A stretch of DNA of 63,649 nt, the filler included, from Octopus bimaculoides (taxonomy: Eukaryota), in the NCBI RefSeq assembly GCF_001194135.2. It is 6 parts of 6 records of this genome, joined end to end, with 100 filler letters (N's around TTAATTAATTAA, not from the genome) between each part and the next. Parts side by side here need not be neighbours in the genome. Positions count along the whole stretch, not along the records: positions 1 to 29,138 come from NC_068982.1; positions 29,239 to 35,117 come from NC_068991.1; positions 35,218 to 39,322 come from NC_068993.1; 3 more parts are not named here. One strand, given 5' to 3'. Numbering within the stretch: position 1 is the first letter of the stretch; the number at the start of each line of letters is the position of its first letter. A model generated the notes under the pieces. That model did no database searches. It saw only the letters and a list, made by a program, of their open reading frames with translations, and was not told the origin of the DNA. Below, in pieces: positions 25,156-37,056 of this stretch. Made by a program: the position numbers and the translations under genes.

Positions 25156-26041
25156 AAACATATATATTTATATATATACAATATTTATATGTGTACATAT
25201 ATATGTATATATATGTATACATATATATATATTTATATGTATACACTTATATCTATATATATGTGTGTATATATATATGTATATATATATATATGACTAA
25301 AACCGTGATAGAAGATGGACGATACGAGAATTTGTATTAATCTCTACAATTGTTTCGACCCTTCTAGCATCGATCCCTCACGGATGAGACACTTTACATC
25401 TGGTTCAGGAGAATCCGGCGGTGTAGATATGACTCTTCGTGTGATAAATAAATAACAGTTCCACGCGGTATTTTCTCGCCTCATGTAAAGAAAAGAGCAG
25501 ATTAAAGGATACGCTTCATTTATATAGGAGATAAATAACGGTAGATAACAGATGTGAAAAGGAAACGAACACACAATACAGCAAAAAAAGTGTTAAATAT
25601 AACCGTTAACGCATATGGATGTATGAACACCCACGCATAGGTTGTATGGCGCCTGTACACTTGCTCTTAGAAATGTCCAAGAAGATGTAAGCATGCGCAC
25701 ACGCGTGGTTTGTGAGTACATATGTTCACATATCGAATTATATAGCTTCTTGGTGTTTTTACAAATGGGGAGGTTAGAGCTAAATTTAATTCATCCATAC
25801 CTTAAGGTGAATTATGATTACCAATTAGGTTAACGGTTGCTCAAATTCATTCCCACTGCATTGTATGAAAGTGCATTTATATGAAAGTAAGCAACTTGAG
25901 AGTCTTTCAGAAAGCCTATATAAACACACACACACACACACATGTATGCATATATTTAAACATTATAAAAATAGAGAAAGAGAATGAGAGCTTTAGTAAG
26001 CCAGAGCGAGATACAGAGAGGTGGGATAGGGGAGGGAGTGG

Positions 26042-26073
<32 letters not shown>

Positions 26074-26941
26074 AGTGAAAAATTTAAAGCCGGCTACTCT
26101 AATCAGATTGTAAACGACGATGATTGCAACGAGTCAGGCATAATCTTAAATTGAGAAAGAAGTAGAATATATTATTGTGATAAGCCTAAAAGACAACTAG
26201 ACAATAAACAGTTTTAGAGAATGAGAACCAGGATGAACGCAAGATACAGTCTCGGACAGTGACAAATGCGATAGAAAAGAATATAAATAGTAAGAGCATT
26301 GAGATAGACACACCTTGCGTTTGACGCATTGGGAAAAATAGAGAAACGTGCAGAGAACAGATAATAAACAAGATAAGAATTATTGGTAAAGAAAATGGAG
26401 AGAAAAATAATAAAGAAAACTGATTCATAGACTTTGTTGTTTGTGTTGTGTTAATCTACATTTCACGAATTTCAATGATGCTGCGTATCTTCTTTAAGAT
26501 TTTGTCGAGTTGACTGGGTTTGTTATTTGAAGCATGTATCTGCAATAGACAAATCTGCAGCATGATATGCTTTGTATACCGTTGTTCTCTCATTCGTACA
26601 CAACTTGTATCTAATACTGCTTGAGTTCCCAGTGTCACTGCGGTTATGTTACGCAAGTGAAAGATAGGATCTTCCAGTTTATGGTTACACCCATAATTAT
26701 GGGCTGATTTAAACAATGATTGTACAACTTATATAAGTACTATTTATTCCTAAAGTAAGCAATGCAACCATTATTATTCGAGTCGCAGGAAAATGAATAG
26801 ATTTAAACAAAAGCTTGTCCATGAATAATGTCCTTTCTGAGTTTGCAATACATACTACATCTGATATGATTACGGTTTATTCTATTTTTGGCATGCGCTT
26901 ATCTTCTAATATATTAATGTGCGTAGTGTCTTACGTATTTG

Positions 26942-26985
<44 letters not shown>

Positions 26986-27224
26986 CGTGTGTGTGTGTGT
27001 GTGTGTGTCCAGAATCACGACAGGACGTGGAGAAGGAAAAATGGTAATTCATTGAAGGATAAGTAGTGAGAGGAAAAGCCCTGACTGAGAGGGAGCGAGA
27101 AAAAGTAATAGCAATGAAAGAAAGGAAGGGGTGAAAAAAAATCATTGTTTCAAATCTGTGTGTGTATATGTGCATATGTGTGTGCGTGTACAAGGGAAGT
27201 ATGTGAATGTTTGAATGTGTGATT

Positions 27225-27600
27225 ATTATGTACCTCATAATATTGTTTTTTTCAGCCGCGTTCATTTGTTTGTCCGTGGACAAGATATCTCAAGAACCGC
27301 AAAATGAATTCGGATAAAACTTTCAGAGACGTTTGACCTCGTGACCGCCACGAACTGATTAGATTTTGAGATCAATCGGATACAGAACAAGGATTCTGGA
27401 TTATTTTTTCCGTTTTTTTTTTTGTTTTTTTTTGTTACTTAATTTTTGAGGGCGGTTGGTTTCATTTTTAGTATTCTCGTTTGAGAGAGCAGTCGAATTT
27501 ATTTCAGATATTCACATTTTAAAATTCATCTTCGGCTAATCGTTGAGAGGACGTTGGACATGAGAAGCGGTGGTGTGCACTCTCTGACTGCTCTTGTTTA
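27225..27600 (+). mobile_element. Non-autonomous Helentron/DINE-1-like (HINE) element, diverged
   Basis: TTTGTTTGTCCG...CAAGATATCTCAAGAACCG...GATTAGATTTTG near the start and GCGGTGGTGTGCACTCTCTGACTGCTCTTGTT at the end. Pattern recognition only. Confidence 0.5.
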
Positions 27601-27782
27601 TATATATAATACTATTAGCCGTCCTTATTGAAGGCACGTGGTCAGCTAGTTTAGTCATCAGACTGAACGGTCGACTTCATGTAAGTTAGTTAAGTCAGTG
27701 AAATGGTTGATCTACAGATACTTTGGCGTAAGCGCAACGCGTGTGTGGAATCATATGCACGAAAATGATATTTGTACTCAAT

Positions 27783-27944
27783 AAAGCAGCGAATTAGCAG
27801 AACCATTAGCATGCCGAACAAAATGCTTAGCGGTATTTCGTCAGTTTTCACGTGCGGAATTTGAACTCAGAACGCAACAGCAGACGAAATACCGTTAAGC
27901 ATTTTCGCCCGGTGCGTTAACGTTTCTGCCATCTTGCCGCCTTA
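27783..27944. repeat. Two SINE family B 5' heads fused in convergent orientation (fold-back)
   Basis: GCAGCGAATTAGCAGAACCATTAGC...AATGCTTAGCGGTATTTCGTC is followed by GACGAAATACCGTTAAGCATT...TTCTGCCATCTTGCCGCCTT. Confidence 0.8.
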
Positions 27945-29138
27945 GTTAGAGAAAATGATGAACGTAAACCACAGTAAGAAAAGGAAGATGTTTTTTAAGA
28001 GACCGGCTGAATACCTAGGACCTTGCTTTAGCCCTGTTCCAGTGCTCTGTATCATGCACTATATACGATACACTTTCTGAGTTTTTTAAACCACCAAGGC
28101 ATTATATTTCTCAGAATGTATGAAACAAAAGGCTGACTGAAAGTCTGAAAGCAAAAATGGACGCTTGAGATAGTTATATATGAAAACGCTTTGGACACGT
28201 AACGGGTTAAGGGCTTACAGTAAAGTGGTGTCATAAGTCAATCAAATTGAGATGTTTAATCAATGAGAGTAAAAATCGTCTCAAAAAGTCGAAACTGTTA
28301 TGATTTTGTACATATATGAATGAAACAATCGTGAAGAGAAGACCCGCAAATTAAAGTGAACAGACAAAAGAGAAATGAAAGTGAAAAGAGAATATCGTAC
28401 GACAAGTTACTGTCTCAAAGTATTCAACGTGTTTGTAGATGATTCATTATAGGCATTGGAAAAGCAGACACATGTATAATATTGCGTCATCATGGAGGTG
28501 GTTCAATTCACGTGTCAATGTTGAAGCATTGTAACTTTCCAGTACAAACAAATACGTGTGTATGTGTGTGTGTTTGTGCATTTCTATTTTAGAGTTTGTG
28601 TCTACGTAAGTATGTGTGTGTTGTGTGTGAGGAAGAGAGAGAAGAGGAGAAAGAGAGACACATACAGAAAGAGAGCGGGGGAAGGTCTGATTTACAGCTT
28701 TAAGCTGATTGCCATCTCACTGGAAGCTTCACAGGCGTAAAATTCAACCGCTCGTCGGATATAAACTCAGCAATGACGCGACCGAACGATCAGATAAAAT
28801 TTTGAGATTATGAGACCTCTGAACCAACCATTTCTACCAGTATTCCTCACACGCATACGCACACCCACATCATTGTCCTTGCACTGATTTCCTGTATATG
28901 TGTGTAAGAACTAACTCCGACTGTAACAGTATGGAAGGAAACCGATCTAAAATGTTGATGTTTTATAAATATGTGTGTGGGTGTGTTTGGGTGTGTATTT
29001 ATACACATACAGATATACACATACACACACACATATATCCTCTGCATATACATTTAAATGTACATAAATATCCAGTGTGTCTATGTGCATACTGGTGTAT
29101 ATATAAGACAATATATATATATATATGTATATATATAT

Positions 29139-29238
29139 NNNNNNNNNNNNNNNNNNNNNNNNNNNNNNNNNNNNNNNNNNNNTTAATTAATTAANNNNNN
29201 NNNNNNNNNNNNNNNNNNNNNNNNNNNNNNNNNNNNNN
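29139..29238. other. Scaffold-join linker: 44 N + TTAATTAATTAA + 44 N
   Basis: Exactly 100 bp; the 12-mer has stops in all six frames. Identical structure occurs five times. Confidence 0.95.
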
Positions 29239-30359
29239 AGTTTTGTATCCGAAGAGCAATATAGCCTTCTCATAGTTATGTCCGAAACACGTTTAATTCT
29301 AATTATTTTGTTCTTCGAGAAATAAAATATCCTGATATTTTCACCCACCTTCGCATTATATACACATAGCAGTACACTGGTGAATTCATACGACGCGTGT
29401 ATATGGAATCCTAGTTCGTCGGGATTGCATGTACACATATCCACATGCTCGCATATACATTACATAGACGTACATGTAAACACACGGACACAGACAAAGA
29501 CATACATTCAATTGCAGCAATATGTCTGTCCATATTTATACGTGCAGGATGTATACACTATTGTGTGTGTGCGTGTGTGTGCATGTGTGCGTTTGTATGT
29601 GCGCGTTTGTGCATGTTTTTGTTTGTACCATTGGATAACAAGAATGTTTGACCAAATGAGCTGGCTGCTCCTGAATTAGTAATACCACAGACACGAGCGC
29701 GCTTAACATACTTCTATAGGGAGAATCACAATGGTAGTGTCAGAAAATATGTACCGTTTGAATTATTGGTACAATACCCCACTAGATCGGCTTCTCTACA
29801 TTTTCCCCTCTACCTAATTACACTCAGAACGTATGGGTGTAACTGAGGCTTTAGATAATGACAATTCTCCTGCATAACANNNNNNNNNNNNNNNNNNNNN
29901 NNNNNNNNNNNNNNNNNNNNNNNNNNNNNNNNNNNNNNNNNNNNNNNNNNNNNNNNNNNNNNNNNNNNNNNNNNNNNNNNNNNNNNNNNNNNNNNNNNNN
30001 NNNNNNNNNNNNNNNNNNNNNNNNNNNNNNNNNNNNNNNNNNNNNNNNNNNNNNNNNNNNNNNNNNNNNNNNNNNNNNNNNNNNNNNNNNNNNNNNNNNN
30101 NNNNNNNNNNNNNNNNNNNNNNNNNNNNNNNNNNNNNNNNNNNNNNNNNNNNNNNNNNNNNNNNNNNNNNNNNNNNNNNNNNNNNNNNNNNNNNNNNNNN
30201 NNNNNNNNNNNNNNNNNNNNNNNNNNNNNNNNNNNNNNNNNNNNNNNNNNNNNNNNNNNNNNNNNNNNNNNNNNNNNNNNNNNNNNNNNNNNNNNNAAAT
30301 GTCCTATAAATTCCACACAGCTTAGGTTACGTTGTTTTATTTTACTTATGACATATTCA

Positions 30360-30430
<71 letters not shown>

Positions 30431-30457
30431 CTCGATGAAAACAGTTTGATTCAAACT

Positions 30458-31515
30458 CCTTGGTATTCTGAGTTTCAAGCTTGTAGCTATTTTCGGCCAT
30501 CGGAGTCTGGTACACCCCCACCATTTAATCTAGAAGTAGAAACTTCTAGATTAAGTGGAGGTGGGGTTGTACCACAAAATTTTCCTTTCTCTATTTCTCT
30601 TCAGGTGAGAAGAGGTTGGGGGTTTGTCCACATACGTGAGCTTCTTAAAAAATTCGCTCCTAGCCAAAGTATCGGTGTATCGGTGTGCTATTAAAGATCA
30701 CCATGTTGGCTGAGATTTTAGATACCCGTTTGCTAATGCCTGAAATCAGGTTTCTAATTACAGCGGGGTGTGGTTGACCTCTTGTGGATGTATACCGTGT
30801 CTTCATTGGGCTTACTGTAGAGGTAGTATTTGCACGTGTTCAGCTCTAAGGTTACGTCCAAGAATTAACCGTAGTAACCGTTATGGACTGGCCGAACTTT
30901 ATGAATATTTTTATCAAGTCCTTCCTGAACCTGTCCATAGTGTGACCATTCATATAGCTTGAGATAGCCATCATCTCTGTGGAGAGCCGACCTATGTGGA
31001 TGGCTACGTATCTTGATGGCATTGAATATGTCAAACCCGACCAGGTCGGTGATTTCAGCCCCGTCACAGCTCCTCATAGAGACATCAAACAATGGACCGC
31101 CTTCTTTCTTCACCCAGAAGGACTGGCTGTGGACCAGAATTGACTTTCTGGCATTCAAAATGATTCTGATATCAAGATCACTAATGCTGGTAAATTGTCC
31201 TCGCAGACATATGGGCATATACATGTACACATATATAAATATATACTCTCACATCTTCTGCCCCTTCCTACTTGCCCCCCAAACCATGTGACGGATTTCC
31301 TGGTCAACACGCGTTCGATTTCCTTCCACGATGCGGTATTTTCCAAGTTATTGTTCTCGTTGAAATACCAACATCAAGATGTGACACCGCGTGACCTTTC
31401 TCGGTCAATCATAGGCTAAATTACAGTAGTAAACATTAACTCTCTTGAATCGAACTCTCATTCAGATTCCGATGGCCGAAGACTAGCAACTCGCTTGAAA
31501 TTCAGAGTACAAAGG
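30458..31515 (-). mobile_element. Penelope-like RT fragment (about 30540-31350) bracketed by ~53-bp inverted repeats (30458-30509 and 31463-31515)
   Basis: Reads WVKKEGGPLFDVSMRSCDGAEITDLVG...ALHRDDG (30970-30981)...RKDLIKIF...FLDVTLEL...YSKPNEDTVYIH...RNRERKILWYNP. The arms differ at 9 of 53 positions. Confidence 0.85.
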
Positions 31516-32516
31516 TCCCAATAAATGCGCAGAAAATATTTAAAAAGATTAATGAAATTAATACAATTAATCGGATTCATATTTCACCACGTTCCTTTAA
31601 ACCTACAGTTTTCAAAAATCATACGAATGTAAAACCGTTGAAATTTATTAATCTTCATACGAATGTATCTTATATCGGTGCATTAACAATTTCATTTAAT
31701 GTAATCTATCCGCAGCTGAAAGAAATCAAGATCCTTTTCAGCTCTAAGAACTCTAACTCACTGTTTAATTCTAGANNNNNNNNNNNNNNNNNNNNNNNNN
31801 NNNNNNNNNNNNNNNNNNNNNNNNNNNNNNNNNNNNNNNNNNNNNNNNNNNNNNNNNNNNNNNNNNNNNNNNNNNNNNNNNNNNNNNNNNNNNNNNNNNN
31901 NNNNNNNNNNNNNNNNNNNNNNNNNNNNNNNNNNNNNNNNNNNNNNNNNNNNNNNNNNNNNNNNNNNNNNNNNNNNNNNNNNNNNNNNNNNNNNNNNNNN
32001 NNNNNNNNNNNNNNNNNNNNNNNNNNNNNNNNNNNNNNNNNNNNNNNNNNNNNNNNNNNNNNNNNNNNNNNNNNNNNNNNNNNNNNNNNNNNNNNNNNNN
32101 NNNNNNNNNNNNNNNNNNNNNNNNNNNNNNNNNNNNNNNNNNNNNNNNNNNNNNNNNNNNNNNNNNNNNNNNNNNNNNNNNNNNNNNNNNNNNNNNNNNN
32201 NNNNNNNNNNNNNNNNNNNNNNNNNNNNNNNNNNNNNNNNNNNNNNNNNNNNNNNNNNNNNNNNNNNNNNNNNNNNNNNNNNNNNNNNNNNNNNNNNNNN
32301 NNNNNNNNNNNNNNNNNNNNNNNNNNNNNNNNNNNNNNNNNNNNNNNNNNNNNNNNNNNNNNNNNNNNNNNNNNNNNNNNNNNNNNNNNNNNNNNNNNNN
32401 NNNNNNNNNNNNNNNNNNNNNNNNNNNNATACAATTAATAAAAACGAAAAAACAACAACGCGAGGAAATGGTACATACAAAGTATTAGCATACGCTCAGG
32501 GAAGGAAAGAAAGGTA

Positions 32517-32551
32517 GTTTTACGTTTCGAGCAAAGCTCTTCTGCTGAAAC
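32517..32551 (-). ncRNA. Minimal type-I hammerhead relic in a PLE-terminal-like segment (about 32430-32700)
   Basis: Reverse complement GTTT-CAGCAGA-A-GAGC-TTT-GCTC-GAA-ACGT-A-AAAC. Stems I and II and the palindromic stem III are perfect; the CUGANGA core has two substitutions. Confidence 0.6.
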
Positions 32552-32802
32552 GAGACAGAGGAAAGTTCCAGAGAAAAGGAAGTCGGAGGAAAATTTAGCT
32601 AACGATCCACATGTTGTTACATTTTGAAATGACCGGAAGCGAATGGGTGAAGAAAAAGTTCTTTCTAAGACAGGAGAGTGTAAGAGAAGGAAGTATCTCT
32701 GTGTATGTGTGTGCATGTCTATGTGAGATAGCATGTGTGTGTGTATGTGTGTGTGTTGTGTGTGTGGTGTTGGCCGTTTATATGTGTATGTGTGAGTGAA
32801 CT

Positions 32803-33444
32803 ATGACATTTTAAAAGAGAACCCATTTCTTGTCACCAGTCACTATTAGGTGGGAAAACGGTTCATTCGTGAGACGTGGCAGCAAAGAAGAGCATATATT
32901 CACTCTCTATACGCGATTAGATTCGGGAAGTTTGTGAGGAACCCATTGACCCAATTTGCTGACTTTTCCAATGGCCAAATTCAAGCTTCTGTGCTACTTT
33001 CTCAATAGTTACGATGAGATTTTGTTCTGCCAGTGTTTGCAGGACGTCCACGTCGAGCTCAACAAATATTCCAAGACGAAGCTCGTCTTCTAGGCTATAG
33101 TTTCCGGCTCAGAATTTCTAGAACCCCCGTTGACCCTGACTTACACTTATTGTCTGATCCCATATACTACATTAATATTCCTCGCGTTTTTAGTTGCGTT
33201 GTTGCCATTATTGAACTCATAAAGCAAAATATGCCGAATATGCTCCTTTGTCACTTCCACTACAGCATTGAAAAAATAACTTAAAATTTAACTGCACTCT
33301 TCAGTACTTGCACTAAGAATAAATATAAAGTAAAATTACTACCTGCTTTTATAACATGTTGATGCAGGTAGTTTATCCCATCCCCCTCCGACTTTTAGTT
33401 CATGCAATTGAAAAAGCCGCATTATTTATGGGATAACCCAATAT
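32803..33444 (-). mobile_element. 5' part of a mariner transposon (TIR plus degenerate transposase N-terminus)
   Basis: TIR (rc) TATTGGGTTATCCCATAAATAATGCGG at 33417-33444. Reads (M)EVTKEHIRHILLYEFNNGNNA...GQWVPHKL...IVTGDKKWV, with WVPHxL and TGDEKW-like motifs. Confidence 0.9.
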
Positions 33445-34911
33445 TTTTAAAATAATAAGAAATTCAACATAATATATGTAAGAAAATGGCTTCAAACTCA
33501 AAGTGTATTTACACTGGAAAACAGTGCAAACGTAGCTTTAAAACCGTTTTTATAAACGCAAAGGTCTTCGTAAACTAAATACATAATTACTGGCACTGGT
33601 CGAACGCTTTTAACACCAAAAAGTTTTACATATATTTACAAAAAGTGCAAAACATGGCTAAGGGAATAACTCAAGNNNNNNNNNNNNNNNNNNNNNNNNN
33701 NNNNNNNNNNNNNNNNNNNNNNNNNNNNNNNNNNNNNNNNNNNNNNNNNNNNNNNNNNNNNNNNNNNNNNNNNNNNNNNNNNNNNNNNNNNNNNNNNNNN
33801 NNNNNNNNNNNNNNNNNNNNNNNNNNNNNNNNNNNNNNNNNNNNNNNNNNNNNNNNNNNNNNNNNNNNNNNNNNNNNNNNNNNNNNNNNNNNNNNNNNNN
33901 NNNNNNNNNNNNNNNNNNNNNNNNNNNNNNNNNNNNNNNNNNNNNNNNNNNNNNNNNNNNNNNNNNNNNNNNNNNNNNNNNNNNNNNNNNNNNNNNNNNN
34001 NNNNNNNNNNNNNNNNNNNNAAAAATGCCATTTGTCTGGATTAGTTGTGCTGTTTCTTTCGAACAGATTACACATGACACAAATATTTTTAACTGTTGTT
34101 CACGAAAAAAAAACATCAGAGAAAGCTTCAGGTCAAATTATAAATTTTCACCGATATAAGTTCGTCATTTTCACTTTTTATCTTCTGTTTGATTCAGGAC
34201 TATGTTTATTGACTTACATTTATTAAACATTATCCAGTGACGTTTATGAATGTTCTAAAAAGATGTAAGGTAACAGATACTCAAGTCAAATACAACAATG
34301 AAGGGTTGCGTTCATATCTTTCACCAAAGTTTAGAAACAGCTTCAAATACAAATCGGAACACGACTTCTGTAATTGGCATTTATAGATTTTGTAAGCTCA
34401 CTGTCTCATATCTAGGCTTTTATCCCAATAAATATTTGTACGTACAATTTACACTAAAATGAATTGCGATTCATCAAAAAAAGTTCTGTGTCTTATTATA
34501 GGAATTTCGTCTAACCGAAAGTTCAATGGGATTGAAACCAGAATGTAAAAAGACCTAACGAAATTTTAATGGCTACAACAAAGTGTGTCTAGTGATTCAC
34601 CGATTCTGCCATACACAAATACACACACATATTCTGATTCATAATCACTAGAACTTAATACAGATGTTTGTCATGTAAGAGAATATTTAAGGAATAACAC
34701 AAGATACGAGAAATGCAAAAACGACTTACTTTAGATCCAAATAATTTTTTAGGATATCCTGTTGTATTAAAATATGCGTATGGGTTCTTGGAAATCTGTT
34801 GAAAAGGAAATGAGCTTCTGCTTTCAGGTAGATCAAAACTTACGTTTTATACAGGTTAAATAATGTCAGAGGAACAAAACGGTATTAATTAAATTTAATA
34901 GTTAGTCTACT

Positions 34912-35076
34912 AGGCGCAGGTGTGGCTTTGTGGTAAGGAGCTTCTTTCCCAGCCACATAGTTCCGAGTTCAGTCCCACTGCGTGGCACATTGGACATGTG
35001 TTTCCTACTATAGTCTCGGGCCGACCATAACCTTTTGAGAGGATTTAGTAGACGGAAGCTGAAAGAAGATCGTCGT
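34912..35076 (+). mobile_element. 5' half of SINE family A
   Basis: AGGCGCAGGTGTGGCTTTGTGG...GAGTTCAGTCCCACTGCGTGGCAC. Confidence 0.85.
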
Positions 35077-35117
35077 ATATATATTTTTTTCTTTATGTGT
35101 GCCACCATCACAACCAC

Positions 35118-35217
35118 NNNNNNNNNNNNNNNNNNNNNNNNNNNNNNNNNNNNNNNNNNNNTTAATTAATTAANNNNNNNNNNNNNNNNNNNNNNNNNNN
35201 NNNNNNNNNNNNNNNNN
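35118..35217. other. Scaffold-join linker (44N-TTAATTAATTAA-44N)
   Basis: As at 29139. Confidence 0.95.
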
Positions 35218-35291
35218 GTGAATTTTTTTCATTTAAGCCCCATTTTAATTATTGTAAAAGTTTCCAAGTACCAATAAGCAACAATTTCATT

Positions 35292-35307
35292 CCCGGGCAA
35301 CGCCGGG
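35292..35307 (+). mobile_element. Helitron-type 3' subterminal hairpin
   Basis: CCCGG-GCAACG-CCGGG. The expected CTAG terminus is replaced by the adjacent element. Confidence 0.45.
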
Positions 35308-35310
35308 TAG

Positions 35311-35498
35311 CTCGTGCGGGTGACACGTAAAAGCACCCACTACGCTCTCTGAGTGGTTGGCGTTAGGAAGGGCATCGAGCTGTAGAAACTCTGCCAAATT
35401 AGATTGGAGCCTGGTGTTGCCATCCGGTTTCACCAGTCCTCAGTCAAATCGTCCAACCCATGCTAGCATGGAAGGCGGACGTTAAACGATGATGACGA

Positions 35499-35500
<2 letters not shown>
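35311..35500 (+). mobile_element. 3' part of a SINE/LINE with an RTE-type tail ending in (GAT)n; degenerate relative at about 37400-37500
   Basis: GGTTGGCGTTAGGAAGGGCATC...GTCCAACCCATGCTAGCATGGAAGGCGGACGTTAAACGATGATG. Confidence 0.7.
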
Positions 35501-35552
<52 letters not shown>

Positions 35553-35760
35553 TATTTTCACTTTAAGTAATGATTTCTCTGTTACGTTTCTAAAATGGTT
35601 ACATGAATATTTATCTTTTATTTATTTACTTTATCTTGTAATATTTTCTTCAAATGTTAGAGAGCCTCTTAATTGAGAGAGAAAGACTAAGTGTGCATTC
35701 ACACACACACACACACACACAGTCCAGTTATGAAATTATGACCGTGAACCAGTTCAGCAT

Positions 35761-35980
35761 ACCCTTAATGCTTTTCTCAGGGAGATTCAGAGTGACACAG
35801 AATGTGACAAGGCTGGCCCTTTTGAATTACTGGTACTACTCATTTTGTCCGGCTAAAGTATACTGGATGGAGCAATGTGAAATAAAGTGTCTTGTTCAAG
35901 AACACAGCACACTGCTGGGAATTGAACTCCTGGCTTTACAATCCTGAGTCAAGTACACTAACCACAAAGCCACATACCTT
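35761..35980 (-). mobile_element. tRNA-derived SINE with a Meta-like domain; 3' part shared with the SINE at 61706
   Basis: Reverse complement TGGCTTTGTGGTTAG...GAGTTCAATTCCC...GTGTTCTTGAACAAGACACTTTATTTCACATTGCTCC...GGGCCAGCCTTGTCACATTCTGTGTCAC. Confidence 0.75.
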
Positions 35981-36029
35981 CAGGTAGCCATTATGGTTTG
36001 GAGAAAGGAAAATTGGAGAGGACATTTAC

Positions 36030-36290
36030 CCTTGATGTTCAGGGAGATCTTGGACAGTGGGGTTCCTCGATTATCCCTAGAGGTCATCCTGTATCAGACG
36101 GGCCACATCTCAATCACTCCCTCCCTTTATTTTTTTAAACTTTTGTTTGCTATATATTTTCCCCCTCCCTTTCATTGTATACCATGTGTACTTACTTTCT
36201 TTGTTTATTTATTTTATCATTTCATTATATGTGAAACCCCACACTTTGTCCCCCTCGTCCTTTGCCCTGGTGGCAAATAAACGAAACCAT
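36030..36290 (+). mobile_element. Possible LINE 3' UTR fragment (unclassified)
   Basis: Pyrimidine-rich tract ending TTTGTCCCCTCGTCCTTTGCCCTGGTGGCAAATAAACGAAACC + (ATT)n. Confidence 0.35.
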
Positions 36291-36296
36291 TATTAT

Positions 36297-36492
36297 TGAG
36301 CTGGCAGAATCGTTAGCACACCAGCCAAAATGCTTAGCAGTATTTCGTCTGTTGAGTTCAAATTCCACCAAGGTCAACTTTGCCTTTCATCCTTTTAGGG
36401 TCGATAAAATAAGTACCGGTTGAACACTGGGGTTGGTGTGATCGGCTAGTCCCCTCCCACCAAATTTCAAACCTTGTGCCTTCAGTAGAAAT
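36297..36492 (+). mobile_element. SINE family B (tail variant i)
   Basis: GAGCTGGCAGAATCGTTAGC...GGTCAACTTTGCCTTTCATCC...ACCTTGTGCCTTCAGTAGAA + (ATT)n. Confidence 0.88.
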
Positions 36493-36655
36493 TATTATTA
36501 TTATTATTATTATTATTATTGTTGTTTTTCAGCACATTGCAATTTTGATTTTTCTCTCCAGTATAGTTATTTCTGCTTCACAAAAATGGTAAGTGGTTAT
36601 TATTATTATTATTATTGTTGTTGTTGTTGTTGTTATTTTTATTATTATCATTAAT

Positions 36656-37056
36656 AGGCACAGGAGTGGCTGTGTGGTTAGTAGCTTGCTTACCAACCAC
36701 ATGGTTCCAGGTTCAGTCCCACTGCATGACACCTTGGGCAAGTGTCTTCTACTATAGCCTTGGACTAACCAAAGCCTTGTGCATAGATTTGGTAGATGGA
36801 AACTGGAAGAAGCCTGTTGCATATATATGTGTGTGTGTGTGTGTGTCTGTTTGTTTGCACGTCTGTTCCTCCAGCATTGCTTGACAACCGATGCTGGTGT
36901 GTTTACGTCCCTGTAACTTAGCGGTTCAGGAAAAGAAACCAATAGAATAAGTACTAGGCTTAGAAAGAATAAGTCCTTGGGGTCGATTTGTTCGACTAAA
37001 GACGGTGCTCTAACATGGCCACAGTTGAATGACTCAAACAAGTAAAAGAATAAAAG
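36656..37056 (+). mobile_element. Full-length SINE family A
   Basis: Complete head, CACCTTGGGCAAGTG, internal (TA)(TG)n and tail AACAAGTAAAAGAATAAAAG. Confidence 0.9.

Noticed and set aside
26456-26540. Minus-strand IHASNNKPSQLDKILKKIRSIIEIREM* after a TTGCAG acceptor
   Set aside because: Short, no recognisable homology and no supporting neighbouring exon.
29183-29194. TTAATTAATTAA as a conserved regulatory or homeodomain site, or a CRISPR-like repeat
   Set aside because: Fixed 44N/44N context; it is a synthetic linker.
29245-29300. CCGAAGA...GAAACACGTT hammerhead-like trace
   Set aside because: Core mutated and stem I absent; not counted.
34198-34432. Acceptor, short frame (GLCLLTYIY*) and AATAAA as a terminal exon
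   Set aside because: All frames stop within 15 codons, and such signals occur by chance in AT-rich DNA.
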